Position numbers and translations under genes: made by a program
DNA from: Calditrichia bacterium
Lineage (GTDB): Bacteria; Calditrichota; Calditrichia; JAJRVZ01
Direction of reading: 5' to 3'
Assembly: GCA_963796965.1 (NCBI GenBank)
Contig: CAWCNS010000009.1
Location: 96,001 to 160,000 of the forward strand
DNA length: 64,000 bases
Shown: piece by piece, positions 23,701 through 33,409 of the stretch
How the letters are laid out: each line of letters opens with the position of its first letter
Numbering within the stretch: position 1 is the first letter of the stretch
The notes under the pieces: model-generated
Databases searched by the model: none
The model's input: the letters and a program-made list of their open reading frames with translations, nothing else
What the model was told of the DNA's origin: nothing

Positions 23701-24993
23701 ATGAAATCGTTTTTCACAAATTTATTTTTAATGGTGCTATTTTTGGCATCAACATTCACTACATCTGTTGCTCAAGACGCATGGGATTATAAAGTTGCAT
23801 GCATGCCTTCAGTGCTTATGGTTGACAAAGCCTATTATATGTGGTATACAGGGAAATCACCAGCTCCAGTAGGTAGTATCGGTTTTGCATCTTCTGATAA
23901 CGGGATGGACTGGACAATGTATTCCGGAAATCCGGTGCTGGTTCATGAGCCTTTCAATGGATGGATGGAGGCAACTGTTTACGAGCCCAATGTTATTCAT
24001 GAGGATTCGCTTTTCCGTATGTGGTATACGTCATCTGATGATCCGCTGCTTCCCGGACCAATACACATCCATCATGCTACCTCAGTGGACGGTCTTATCT
24101 GGTCAAAAGATACAGTGAATAATCCGGTGATCAGTCCGGGATCAAATGGAAGTTGGGATGACGTATTTGTTGATAGTCATTGTATTATTAAGGTGGATAC
24201 GATCTACCATATGTGGTATGCTGGTGCTAATGGAACATACGTTCGCATCGGACATGCCACATCGCCCGATGGTGTCTCCTGGACAAAAGATGTTAACAAT
24301 CCGGTGCTGAGAAACGGAACTTTTAGTAGTTGGGATTATCCCAGAGTTGAAGCGCCAAATGTGATCTTTGAAAACAATACTTATCATATGTGGTATTCGG
24401 GCGGTGATCATTCAAATTGGCAAATTGGTTATGCCACGTCTGTTGATGGCGTAAATTGGACGAAACATGCAGGTAATCCGGTACTAAAAAGAGGATTAGC
24501 TGGTCGTTGGGACGACACTTATACAGGATTTTGTTCGGTACTTTTAGACACAGTGACATCAAAATACCAGATGTGGTACGTCGGAAGTGATACAAGTATG
24601 ATACATCTAACTCCCTGGAAAGTCACCTGCCAAATTGGTTTTGCTATCTCAGAGGATGGCATTACCTGGGAAAAAAATCCTGAACCAGTCGTATCCGAGA
24701 TTAGTAATGAGATCACCTATGACATTCCTACAAATTTTTATCTGATGCAAAATTATCCCAATCCCTTTAATCCATCAACGACTATCGAATTCCAAATTCC
24801 AAATTCCAAATTTACAACTCTGAAAGTCTACAACATGCTCGGTGAAGAAGTGGCAACTCTTGTTTCCAGGAAAATAAATCCAGGAAACCACACCTTTAAA
24901 TTTGATAGTAAAAATCTGGCAAGTGGTGTTTATTACTATCAGTTGGTTGCAGGGGACTTTCGGGATACTAAAAAAATGATAATTTTGAAATAG
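23701..24993 (+). CDS. Secreted beta-propeller (GH32/GH43/GH130-like repeats) protein with CTD
   Basis: Repeated P.V......Y.MWY.G...IG.ATS.DG..W.K...NPVL units, signal peptide and NYPNPFNP CTD. Confidence 0.8.
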   Translation: MKSFFTNLFLMVLFLASTFTTSVAQDAWDYKVACMPSVLMVDKAYYMWYTGKSPAPVGSIGFASSDNGMDWTMYSGNPVLVHEPFNGWMEATVYEPNVIHEDSLFRMWYTSSDDPLLPGPIHIHHATSVDGLIWSKDTVNNPVISPGSNGSWDDVFVDSHCIIKVDTIYHMWYAGANGTYVRIGHATSPDGVSWTKDVNNPVLRNGTFSSWDYPRVEAPNVIFENNTYHMWYSGGDHSNWQIGYATSVDGVNWTKHAGNPVLKRGLAGRWDDTYTGFCSVLLDTVTSKYQMWYVGSDTSMIHLTPWKVTCQIGFAISEDGITWEKNPEPVVSEISNEITYDIPTNFYLMQNYPNPFNPSTTIEFQIPNSKFTTLKVYNMLGEEVATLVSRKINPGNHTFKFDSKNLASGVYYYQLVAGDFRDTKKMIILK

Positions 24994-25204
24994 TATCATT
25001 TGCTACTCAAGAACATAAAAAATTGACAGGATAACAGGATAAACAGGATACTATAATTATTAAGTAATAAATGATAAAAATTTCTTTAAAAAACAGAATA
25101 ACAATACTTTTTATGAAAAATAAATTATGTAAATCATGTGGTCCTGTGATCCTTTGATCCCGGCTATATAAATGAATCACAGTATCATGTGATACAAATT
25201 ATAA

Positions 25205-26734
25205 ATGAGGTACCTTATGAAACCTTTTACCACATTTTTAATTTTATCAATGCTATTTTCAACAGGGCTCTTTTCTTTCTGCACTGCTCAGATACAATGG
25301 ACTAGTTATACCGGGAATCCCGTCTTGCGACCAGGCCCCTCCGGGAATTGGGATGATGTCAATGTATTGGCGACATCTGTTGTACAGGTAAATGATACAT
25401 TACATATGTGGTATGATGGTAATCATTACAGTGGAAATTTTGGAGGGATAGGTCATGCCTGGTCTCTTGACGGACGGATCTGGATAAAAGATACGTTAAA
25501 CAATCCGGTGCTTACGGAAGGTCCATCTCTCTGGGATGCGGGTTGGGTGAGTTTTGTATCTGTTCTTATTAATCCGGCCGATTCCCTGTTCCACATGTGG
25601 TATTCAGGCAGAGGTGATCCCAATACCTATCACCCGATTTATATAGGTCATGCCACATCCCCTGATGGAAGCAGCTGGACAAAAGATAGTAACCCGGTGC
25701 TAAGTCCAGGTCCGCCTGGCAGTTGGGATGATGACGCGCTTATACATCCCTGTGTCGTACTTGTCAATGATACAATCCATATGTGGTACGACGGATTTAG
25801 ATTCGGCTTTGACTATTCCCGGATTGGCCATGCTATCTCAACGGATTGGTTGTCCTGGAAGAAAGATGCTGAAAATCCAGTGTTAACTCGTGGATCCAAA
25901 CAAAATTGGGATTATCCGCTGCTCAGGGCATCACAGGTTTTTCACGACGGATGGAGATTTAATATGTTCTATATTGGAGGCGTCCATCCCAACTATGATA
26001 TTGGTTATGCTTATTCAGACGGGGGGACCAACTGGATCAAATACCCCGATCCTGTAATGGTTAGGGGTAATAAAGGCAGCTGGGATATTGGGGGGCTTTT
26101 TACCGGCTCGGTTTTACTGAACGCCGGTAGAGATTCTTTAAAGATGTGGTACTCAGGTATTAGTGGTGGCACATCGACGGGGAAAATTGGATATGCAATG
26201 GCCCCTGTAAGTTATGAAGCCATTTTTGAATATCGGCAACAGGTTTCATCTAGATATCAGTTCACCGATAACAGTGTTGGAATAATTACAGATTGGTTTT
26301 GGAATTTTGGAGATAGCAATACAAGTTCTGAAAGAAATCCTGTGCATTCATATGCTCATACGGGGACATATACCATTACTTTAACGATCAAAGGACTTTG
26401 CGGATCTGACAGTACTTCTAAAACGATTGATGTTGTTGTTGGACTTGAAGAAAAAGAGGATAATATCCCTAAAAGATCAAGTTTAAGCCAAAACTACCCC
26501 AATCCCTTCAACCCAACAACAAATATAAATTACGAATTACAAATGACGAATTACGTAAACTTAAGCATCTATAATCTGCTAGGACAAAAAATCGTAACAT
26601 TAGTGAATAGGAAACAGAAAGCAGGTCCTCATCAAATTGAATGGAATGCCACTGGATTCTCGAGTGGTTTATATTACTATATACTCCGGGCAGGTGACTT
26701 TCAGGATGCGAGGAAGATGTTATTGCTGCGATAA
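25205..26734 (+). CDS. Paralogous secreted beta-propeller protein with PKD domain and CTD
   Basis: Same repeat units; WFWNFGD...NPVHSY..TGTYTITLT PKD domain; CTD. Confidence 0.8.
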   Translation: MRYLMKPFTTFLILSMLFSTGLFSFCTAQIQWTSYTGNPVLRPGPSGNWDDVNVLATSVVQVNDTLHMWYDGNHYSGNFGGIGHAWSLDGRIWIKDTLNNPVLTEGPSLWDAGWVSFVSVLINPADSLFHMWYSGRGDPNTYHPIYIGHATSPDGSSWTKDSNPVLSPGPPGSWDDDALIHPCVVLVNDTIHMWYDGFRFGFDYSRIGHAISTDWLSWKKDAENPVLTRGSKQNWDYPLLRASQVFHDGWRFNMFYIGGVHPNYDIGYAYSDGGTNWIKYPDPVMVRGNKGSWDIGGLFTGSVLLNAGRDSLKMWYSGISGGTSTGKIGYAMAPVSYEAIFEYRQQVSSRYQFTDNSVGIITDWFWNFGDSNTSSERNPVHSYAHTGTYTITLTIKGLCGSDSTSKTIDVVVGLEEKEDNIPKRSSLSQNYPNPFNPTTNINYELQMTNYVNLSIYNLLGQKIVTLVNRKQKAGPHQIEWNATGFSSGLYYYILRAGDFQDARKMLLLR

Positions 26735-26793
26735 TGTCATATAACTATAAGTAGATCTATTTCTTTTGGCAAATATTTATTTAGCAGTAATTA

Positions 26794-26843
26794 GTCCGGG
26801 CGAGACTTCCCCCGGTTAAGGCGAGGAACAACCCCTGCGTGAC
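26794..26843 (-). repeat. tRNA-Asp 3'-half copy (class A) immediately after a GIY-YIG stop codon
   Basis: Minus: gtcacgcagg ggttg [ttcctcgccttaaccggggga] agtctcgcccggac. Confidence 0.85.
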
Positions 26844-27086
26844 CTATATATTTACTAAAGACTCTATATATGATCTCCGTTTCTTACTCTTTATTTCGCG
26901 TTCACGTTTTAAGGCTTCTGATTTGTTGTCATAATCCTCAGTGTGGACAATAAACCAGGGAATTCCTCTCTTGGTATCTCTACCCCAACCTTGATTATGC
27001 CTCTCCAATCGCCAGACAAGATCATCTGTAACTCCAGTATAAAAGAGATCAATTTTCTCTGAGTATATAATGTGCACTTTCCACAT
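26844..27086 (-). CDS. GIY-YIG nuclease family protein (80 aa)
   Basis: MWKVHIIYS...FYTG...RLERHN...ALKREREIKS; paralog of the copies at 37850 and 38193. Confidence 0.88.
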   Translation of the reverse strand: MWKVHIIYSEKIDLFYTGVTDDLVWRLERHNQGWGRDTKRGIPWFIVHTEDYDNKSEALKREREIKSKKRRSYIESLVNI

Positions 27087-27100
27087 ATCACACCTACAAT

Positions 27101-27245
27101 AAAAAAAGGCCTTGAGGATTTCCACATGGCCTTCGCGGTCCGGACCCCGAATCTTTCGCCTTGCTCGCTCTGCGGGGCAGGCGGTGGTCTCACCGAACTC
27201 TATTGATTGATACGATTTATTTGAGGTAGATTCTTTTGTGGGTCT
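27101..27245 (-). repeat. Class B tRNA-Asp mimic with hairpin+CAGGC insert, CTD tail remnant and terminator-like hairpin
   Basis: Minus: aagacccacaaaagaatctacctcaaataa atcgtatc..gagttcggtgagaccaccg[cctgccccg..cgggg]tccggaccgc gaaggcc..ggccttttttt. Confidence 0.88.
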
Positions 27246-27458
27246 TTACGTGTTAAACTCTCGGTTTTATTTATTCTCAGCACATAGTAAAAATAGCCAT
27301 AAATCTATCTTTTCTGGAACGTTTTATTCCCAAAAATAATATTTTTTTTGTCTTTCCAGATTTCTTACTGTACAAACATACCATTAAGACATGTATAAAA
27401 TAAGTTGTAATCTTAAATAATTATAACTATATTCAATTACAAATCAAAAAAGGCAAGT

Positions 27459-28580
27459 ATGATAAGTCGACAATTGCTATCCACAATTCAGAAGATGTTA
27501 TTTAAAGGGAAAGCGATTATTATAACCGGTCCCAGGCAAGTTGGCAAAACGACGCTCTTAAAAAAATTGGCATCAGAAATACAACCGCAGCCACTTTTCC
27601 TCAATTGTGATGAGACTGATGTCAGACAGATGCTTACCGATACAACTTCTAGTCAATTACGTCAGATAGCAGGTAATAACCGTGTCGTTATAATCGATGA
27701 AGGTCAACGTGTCAAAAATATCGGTTTGACACTTAAATTGTTCACGGATGAGTTGCCAGAAATTCAGCTAGTTGTCTCGGGATCCTCTGCCCTGGAACTA
27801 GCTAATCAGATAAATGAACCTCTTACAGGTAGAAAATTTGAATATAATCTTTTTCCTTTGTCAAGAAGGGAGTTGGTATCTCATTATTCTCTTATTGAAG
27901 AAAACAGATTATTAGAAGATCGTTTAATCTTTGGTTCATATCCTGAGATTGTAACTTATCCGGAGGACCGAGTTAAACGCTTGACGGAGTTGACAGGGAG
28001 TCATCTTTATAAAGATCTATTCAACTTTCAGGAAATTCGAAAACCGGAATTATTGCAATTGTTGCTTGAAGCACTTGCCTTACAAATCGGAAATGAAGTA
28101 TCTTATTCTGAACTCGCCCAAACAGTACATTCCAATTCTGATACAGTCAAGCGATATATTGATTTGTTTGAAAAATTATATATCATATTCAGATTACGTG
28201 CTTTTAGTCGTAATCTGAGGAATGAACTCAAAAAAAGCCGAAAAATTTATTTTTATGATAATGGAATCCGCAATGTATTAATTAGAAACTTCAATCCGTT
28301 AAATATTAGAAACGATGCAGGCGCATTATGGGAAAATTATCTGGTATCGGAAAGGCAAAAAAGAAATTCATATGAAGATCATTTCTGTAATACTTATTTT
28401 TGGCGAACAAAACAACAGCAGGAGATTGATTATATAGAAGAATACGAGGGTAATCTTCATGCTTATGAATTTAAATGGAGTCCAAAAGCCAAATATCACT
28501 TTTCAAAAACATTTCTCAGAGCATACCCAAATAATGAAACAAGTCTAATTAATCGGGATAATTTTGATCATTTTCTCTGA
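27459..28580 (+). CDS. AAA_14 / DUF4143 ATP-binding protein
   Basis: GPRQVGKT, IIDE, SGSS, EPLTGR, KIYFYDNG and EIDY..E motifs. Confidence 0.88.
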   Translation: MISRQLLSTIQKMLFKGKAIIITGPRQVGKTTLLKKLASEIQPQPLFLNCDETDVRQMLTDTTSSQLRQIAGNNRVVIIDEGQRVKNIGLTLKLFTDELPEIQLVVSGSSALELANQINEPLTGRKFEYNLFPLSRRELVSHYSLIEENRLLEDRLIFGSYPEIVTYPEDRVKRLTELTGSHLYKDLFNFQEIRKPELLQLLLEALALQIGNEVSYSELAQTVHSNSDTVKRYIDLFEKLYIIFRLRAFSRNLRNELKKSRKIYFYDNGIRNVLIRNFNPLNIRNDAGALWENYLVSERQKRNSYEDHFCNTYFWRTKQQQEIDYIEEYEGNLHAYEFKWSPKAKYHFSKTFLRAYPNNETSLINRDNFDHFL

Positions 28581-28604
28581 GTATTTAATGTACAGTTTCC
28601 ACAT
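28566..28604 (-). pseudogene. 5' remnant of GIY-YIG gene overlapping the ATPase stop
   Basis: ATG tgg aaa ctg tac att aaa tac tca gag aaa (MWKLYIKYSEK) behind the same ttattgtagg leader as the 27086 copy. Confidence 0.75.
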
Positions 28605-28617
28605 AAAAAACCTACAA

Positions 28618-28714
28618 TAAAAAAAAGCCTTGAGGATTTCCCCAAGGCCTTGGCGGGGCAGGCGGCGGTCTCACCGAACTCTTTTGATCGATACGATTTA
28701 TTTGAAGTAGATCA
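28618..28714 (-). repeat. Class B tRNA-Asp mimic (internally deleted) plus terminator-like hairpin
   Basis: gccttgaggatttccccaaggcc-ttggcggggcaggcggcggtctcaccgaactcttttgatcgatacgatttatttgaagtagatc. Confidence 0.85.
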
Positions 28715-28746
28715 ATAAGCGGAATTTTGGTTATGTGACAGTAAGG

Positions 28747-29053
28747 TTATGCAACTTCACTATTCAATGGTCGTATGCTCTCATATTCCTTTTCTCGTTT
28801 TTGAAGTGTACTCCACATGTCAAAATTTGTCTGTAATCCAATCCAAAATTGGGGCGTCGTGTTGAAAAACTTAGCTGAACCTGAAGGCTGTATCTGGAGT
28901 GATAGAGCGTTTACCCAAAATAATTTCATTAATTCTTACCCGGGTTATGCCAATCGCATCAGCGAGTTGCTGTTGTGTCATATTCAATTCGTTAAGATAT
29001 TCATAGCGAATTATCTCGCCAGGATGTGTTGGTTGTCTATTTTTAGGTAACAT
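28747..29053 (-). CDS. higA: HigA antitoxin; frameshift near 28875
   Basis: PTHPGEII...TQQQLADAIG...SITPDTA in one frame, AKFFNTTPQFWIGLQ in another. Confidence 0.85.
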
Positions 29054-29067
29054 TTTATAATATTCTC

Positions 29068-29349
29068 CTAATGATATTGTACAAACTCAAGTTCGTAAAC
29101 ATCACCATCTTTGAAAACAAAGCATAATCTCCATGGTCCGTTAACGGCTATCGCCCATTGTCCCTCTCTATCTCCATGTAACTGATGAAGATGATTTGAA
29201 GGAGGAGATTTTAGATCACGAACATCAGTTGCACTATTTAACATATCCAATTTCCTTATAAGCCTTTTGGATAGTTCTCGTGGAACACGTTTATGCGAAC
29301 CTGAATTCCAGAAGGCTTCTAAAAATGATTGCTTAAAACTCAGTATCAT
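29068..29349 (-). CDS. higB: HigB (RelE-like killer) toxin
   Basis: MILSFK...DLKSPPSNHLHQLHGDREGQWAIAVNGPWRLCF...YH, upstream of HigA. Confidence 0.88.
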   Translation of the reverse strand: MILSFKQSFLEAFWNSGSHKRVPRELSKRLIRKLDMLNSATDVRDLKSPPSNHLHQLHGDREGQWAIAVNGPWRLCFVFKDGDVYELEFVQYH

Positions 29350-29424
29350 GGGCAAATATAATATGTAACGTTGCACATTGCAAGTCGGAAATCCAATTAT
29401 AAAAATATACATAGATCCATGGGT

Positions 29425-29507
29425 GTTTATTTCGTTCCAGCTTTTGTTCTTGTACCTGCATAATATTAATCAATATTTTCAGAGTAAATTATGTATACTT
29501 TCCAGAT
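29425..29507 (-). pseudogene. Degraded GIY-YIG 5' remnant
   Basis: (ATC)WKVYIIYSENID*YYAGT...KLERN directly behind the shared hairpin leader. Confidence 0.75.
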
Positions 29508-29517
29508 AACATTCAAT

Positions 29518-29597
29518 AAATAAAAAAGGCCTTGAGGATTTCCCCAAGGCCTTGGCGGGCTGGACGGCTGTCTCACCGAACTCTTTTGATTGATATC
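29518..29597 (-). repeat. Class B tRNA-Asp mimic (no insert) plus terminator-like hairpin
   Basis: ggccttgaggatttccccaaggcc-ttggcgggctggacggctgtctcaccgaactcttttgattgata. Confidence 0.85.
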
Positions 29598-29721
29598 ATT
29601 GAAATTTATTACCCTAAATAGGATGAGAATATAGATCGTCAAAAAAGATAAATATACGGACTAAAACACCCCCTCCAGAAGATTGCTCCGAAGGGGGTAT
29701 GGGATTGCATAATATTTAATG

Positions 29722-29868
29722 TCACTTGATCAGTATCATCTTCTTCACATCCTGAAAATCGCCGGCTTCTATTTTGTAGCAATAAATACCAGTGGAAAAC
29801 CATTCGGCTTCCCTCTCGACTTGACGATAACCAGCCAGTTGTCGTTCATTAACTATAATGGCAACTTC
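29722..29868 (-). pseudogene. Orphan second half of a T9SS CTD
   Basis: Open frame EVAIIVNERQLAGYRQVEREAEWFSTGIYCYKIEAGDFQDVKKMILIK* with no start; tail nearly matches that of the M1 peptidase at 789. Confidence 0.8.
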
Positions 29869-29893
29869 CGGTTACTGATTCAACCACAGAACT

Positions 29894-30806
29894 CTATTTA
29901 AATTTAGAATAATTTTTATTAAGTATAAAAACTTCACCTGTACCATAATCACTAAAGTATATATCGCCTCCCTTATTAAGCCCAATGTCATTGTATGGAC
30001 CTTCAAGTGTGTTAACGATTGAGGTGACAATTCCAGATGGATTGATATTAAACAATTCGTTTTGGTTGAGTGTCCATAAATTATCTTTGTTATCAATGGC
30101 TAATCCATGAGGCCAAATGTCAAGGGTAGCAAATGGTTCAATTGAAGAAGCAATAATTGGTAAGATAGTATTATTTAAATTGAATTTTTTTATTTCCCCT
30201 GTCCATCCTTCAACCACATAAAGATTCCCATGTTTATCAAATTCAATTCCATTTGGATTTATATCCAGATCGTCATCATAAACAATCACAGTTGTTTTAG
30301 TCCCATCTTTTGCAATTTTTGTTACTTTTTCCCCTATACTCAACAGAAGTTCAGTAACAAATAGTTCGCTTTGTTTATTTAGTGCCATACATGTTGGTTG
30401 ATTAAAGCCAGAAGCAAATGTACTGTAACTACCATCTATTTTAACGAGATAAATTTTACCCTCATCAATATCACTAACAAACAGACCGCGATTTTTATCT
30501 GTAACTACATCAATTAATCTACCAGCATCAAATTCAACTAATGTGGATATCTCTCCTTCTGGAGTGATTTTTAAGAGTCTTACTTGGGTTTGATTCAACA
30601 ATAAATAGATCGTCTCCCCAAAAATCCATTCCTTCAGGGGTATCCAAGCCATCAACAAATAACATCGGTTCTGAAATTGGCTTCGATAAATTTGATTTTA
30701 ATAAATTATTCATTCCACTGTTATAACTGGGATCAAATGGTGACTCTTTATTACAACTAATCAGTAAAACTAAAAGAAATGCCATAAATATGTTAATCAT
30801 TTTCAT
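29894..30806 (-). CDS. Lipoprotein with SMP-30/NHL-like beta-propeller; frameshift near 30590
   Basis: Lipobox LLISC in ORF 30534..30815; repeated P.G/C..D..G.LYV units in ORF 29894..30658; very AT-rich. Confidence 0.7.
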
Positions 30807-31451
30807 ATCAATCATCCTTTCAAGGAATTACCTATTTAATATTCCGAATGAATTAACTTAAATAATTCTAGTAAATCACTTAGCCTTCTCAATGAATCTA
30901 ATAATTTAAATCTCTTTCAGAAGTTATCTCCCTTTTTTCATATAACTATTAACAGGCCTCATTATTTTTATTAAAAGTTCAATTTGAGTATCTAAAAATT
31001 GGAGGATTTTTATTATGAAAATATATCATTTCAATATCGGGTATTACTATACAATATACATTGAAATACTATAACAGATATAAATAATTGAGAATATATT
31101 TTATTTAAATAACAATATAAAAAAGGAATGAAAAGTCTATATTTATAAGTGTAATTGGTCTCTTATATCGGGGATCGGGTATATTCTTAGAATGATATAA
31201 TAATAATTTTAATATAGAAAACTGAAAATTATTATGCAATTAATTTCAAATTTCGGGTTTTCATTAGTGACTATTTAATTTTGTTCTTCTTAATTCTGCT
31301 AAATTAAAGGATGATTCTTATATTGGTCAGCCTCATTTATATAGATATTTCTTTTTCTCTGTCCTTTAGATTATTCGCATACAACTTTGCATCTATTCTG
31401 TAAATCTTCAGATTTTAAGGCAGGATTTGTTACTATATTGTTACTTTCAAC

Positions 31452-31538
31452 AAAAAAATCCTCGTTTAAACTATTGTTTAAACAAGGATTAAAGCGGGCC
31501 GGACGGCGGTCTCACCGAACTCTTTTGATGGATACGAT
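31452..31538 (-). repeat. Class B tRNA-Asp mimic directly after a full-length CTD gene, plus stem-loop
   Basis: Minus: TAA atcgtatccatcaaaagagttcggtgagaccgccgtccggcccgc tttaatccttgtttaaac..gtttaaacgaggattttttt. Confidence 0.88.
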
Positions 31539-33259
31539 TTATTTCAGGTAGACCATTTTACGGGTCTGTGTAAAATTTCCTGCCTCTATTTTATAGTAAT
31601 AAACACCACTTGCAAATCCAGAAGCATCCCACTCCACCTGATGATGACCGGCTGTTTGTTTTTCTGAAACCAGCGTCAGCCACCTTTTGTCCAAGCAGAT
31701 TATAAATACTTAGGATCTACATCATTCGTAATTGGTAATTCGTAATTGATAATTGTACTTGGATTAAATGGGTTTGGGTAGTTTTGATTTGACTGAAAAG
31801 TCTGTGCAAACTTTACGTCGACATCACCAATTCCGGTAATATAGTCAATAATATTTCTTAAAGCCGTAATATCATAAGCCCGTGGGCCACCATACGCTCC
31901 TTGATCGTTTCTTAGGGTACCCATTGCTGGCCATTCTGCAATTTCACCTCCACCTATATCGTTAAAAAGTGATGAATCATGGCCGGCATCAATACTAGGA
32001 CTCTCAGCTGAGAGGTGATATAGAGTATCACTAAATAGAGGATCAGCATCAATATTTCCTTCACCTTCTCCCGGCCAGTCACCATGCAGGTCAGAATAAT
32101 AAACAAATAATTCCCCACCATTTATTTTATCAAAATATTCAGGATAATTAATATCGTCATTAAATATTTCCCTGCTTCCAGATGTTGTATCATCCCACAG
32201 AATATTATTTAATAATAAAGGATAAGAATCAAAGTTAAATAGTCCACAACCATCATTTGCTCTGTTGTTCGCAATTGTATTATTAATTATTGCAGGTTGT
32301 GGCGTTATATCTGAATTAGAATTATGACTATTTTCCACTGTCCAGATTCCGATCCCCCCTCCTCTTTCCTCTGAATAATTGTCGGCAATTATATTATTAA
32401 TTATTAATGGAGTGGGATTTTTATCTGTAACTAATCCTCCAGGTTCCCAATAAACAACATATAAACCAGACCCCATACTTGCCTTACAATGCAGCTCATT
32501 ATTAGTAATTTCATTATTTTCGACCACAACCGTCTCTAATGTCGGCAAGTCCAAACTTATACCAATTCCCCCTGCAATAGCCTTGTATGTCCCCGTACAG
32601 GTTGTAGAATTATAAGTTATAATATTGTTATTTATTCTGATCAAGCCATCATTCGAAATGGGACGTATATATAATCCCCCTCCTCCGCACATTTCAGGAG
32701 ATGTAATCGTATTATATTTAAATTCATTATATGAGATTATTAAATTCGCCTGGGCATTAATTACAATAAATGCCAGGCCCGCACCATAACACTCTTTTTG
32801 TTCATCGAGGCTGTTGCCGATTATCTTGTTGTGTACAATTTTTGCTCCTGATTGCATGAAAATACCGCCTCCCCCATATCGATTAAATCCTATAAGTTCC
32901 GTACCATTACCACCGGTTATAGTAAATCCGATTAAGACAGAAGTTGTATCTTCACCTGAAATAAAATAAACCACGGAACTACTATCCGGATTGGTGGGTT
33001 GACTGCCATTAATCACTGTCCTAGTGATATGACTTGTGTCCCCATCCATTAAAAAATAGCTGGCAAGAGTGATCGCCTTGCCTTTAAAATTGATGTTTTC
33101 AGAATAAACACCATCATCAACCAATACTGTGTCACCATCATCTGACAAAAAGATACCGCCTTGTACAGTTGTTGTATCATCAGGAACATAAATAATTTCG
33201 GGAAAAGATATTGAGGACAGTAAAAAAGCAAGCAAAACTGCATAAGTAATTGACTTCAT
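31539..33259 (-). CDS. Secreted parallel beta-helix (pectin-lyase-like) protein with CTD; frameshifts near 31680-31715
   Basis: VPDD..TVQ.GI....GDTVLV..GVY.ENINFKGKAITLAS and GGG/NN.I repeats; the CTD continues ASGVYYYKIEAGNFTQTRKMVYLK* to 31539. Confidence 0.82.
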
Positions 33260-33409
33260 TCCTACCTCCTGTTTTCAAATTGAGAACCGAATTGGTTTTG
33301 TTAAAAATATATATGTGTGGTTTATCGTTAATCGGACAATTATTAACGCTGGAAGGACATTTTTAATGAAGATTTAACTAACGGGGAGTAATAATCATTT
33401 TCGTTCCAA

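Noticed and set aside
23701..26734. Diversity-generating retroelement or DNA repeat array in the propeller genes
   Set aside because: The repeats are diverged protein-level blades; no reverse transcriptase or adenine-specific template/variable pair is seen.
26909..27193. 94-aa ORF overlapping the GIY-YIG gene, and N-terminal extensions of the GIY-YIG ORFs
   Set aside because: They run through repeat and terminator sequence; all copies align from MWKV.
30830..31420. AT-rich ORF-free stretch as ncRNA or integrase relic
   Set aside because: I could not recognise any motif or reading frame by eye; it needs a tblastn or Infernal search.
26794..31538. Classical integron with attC sites
   Set aside because: No IntI-like gene is seen, the repeats match tRNA-Asp rather than an attC pattern, and cargo is in mixed orientation.
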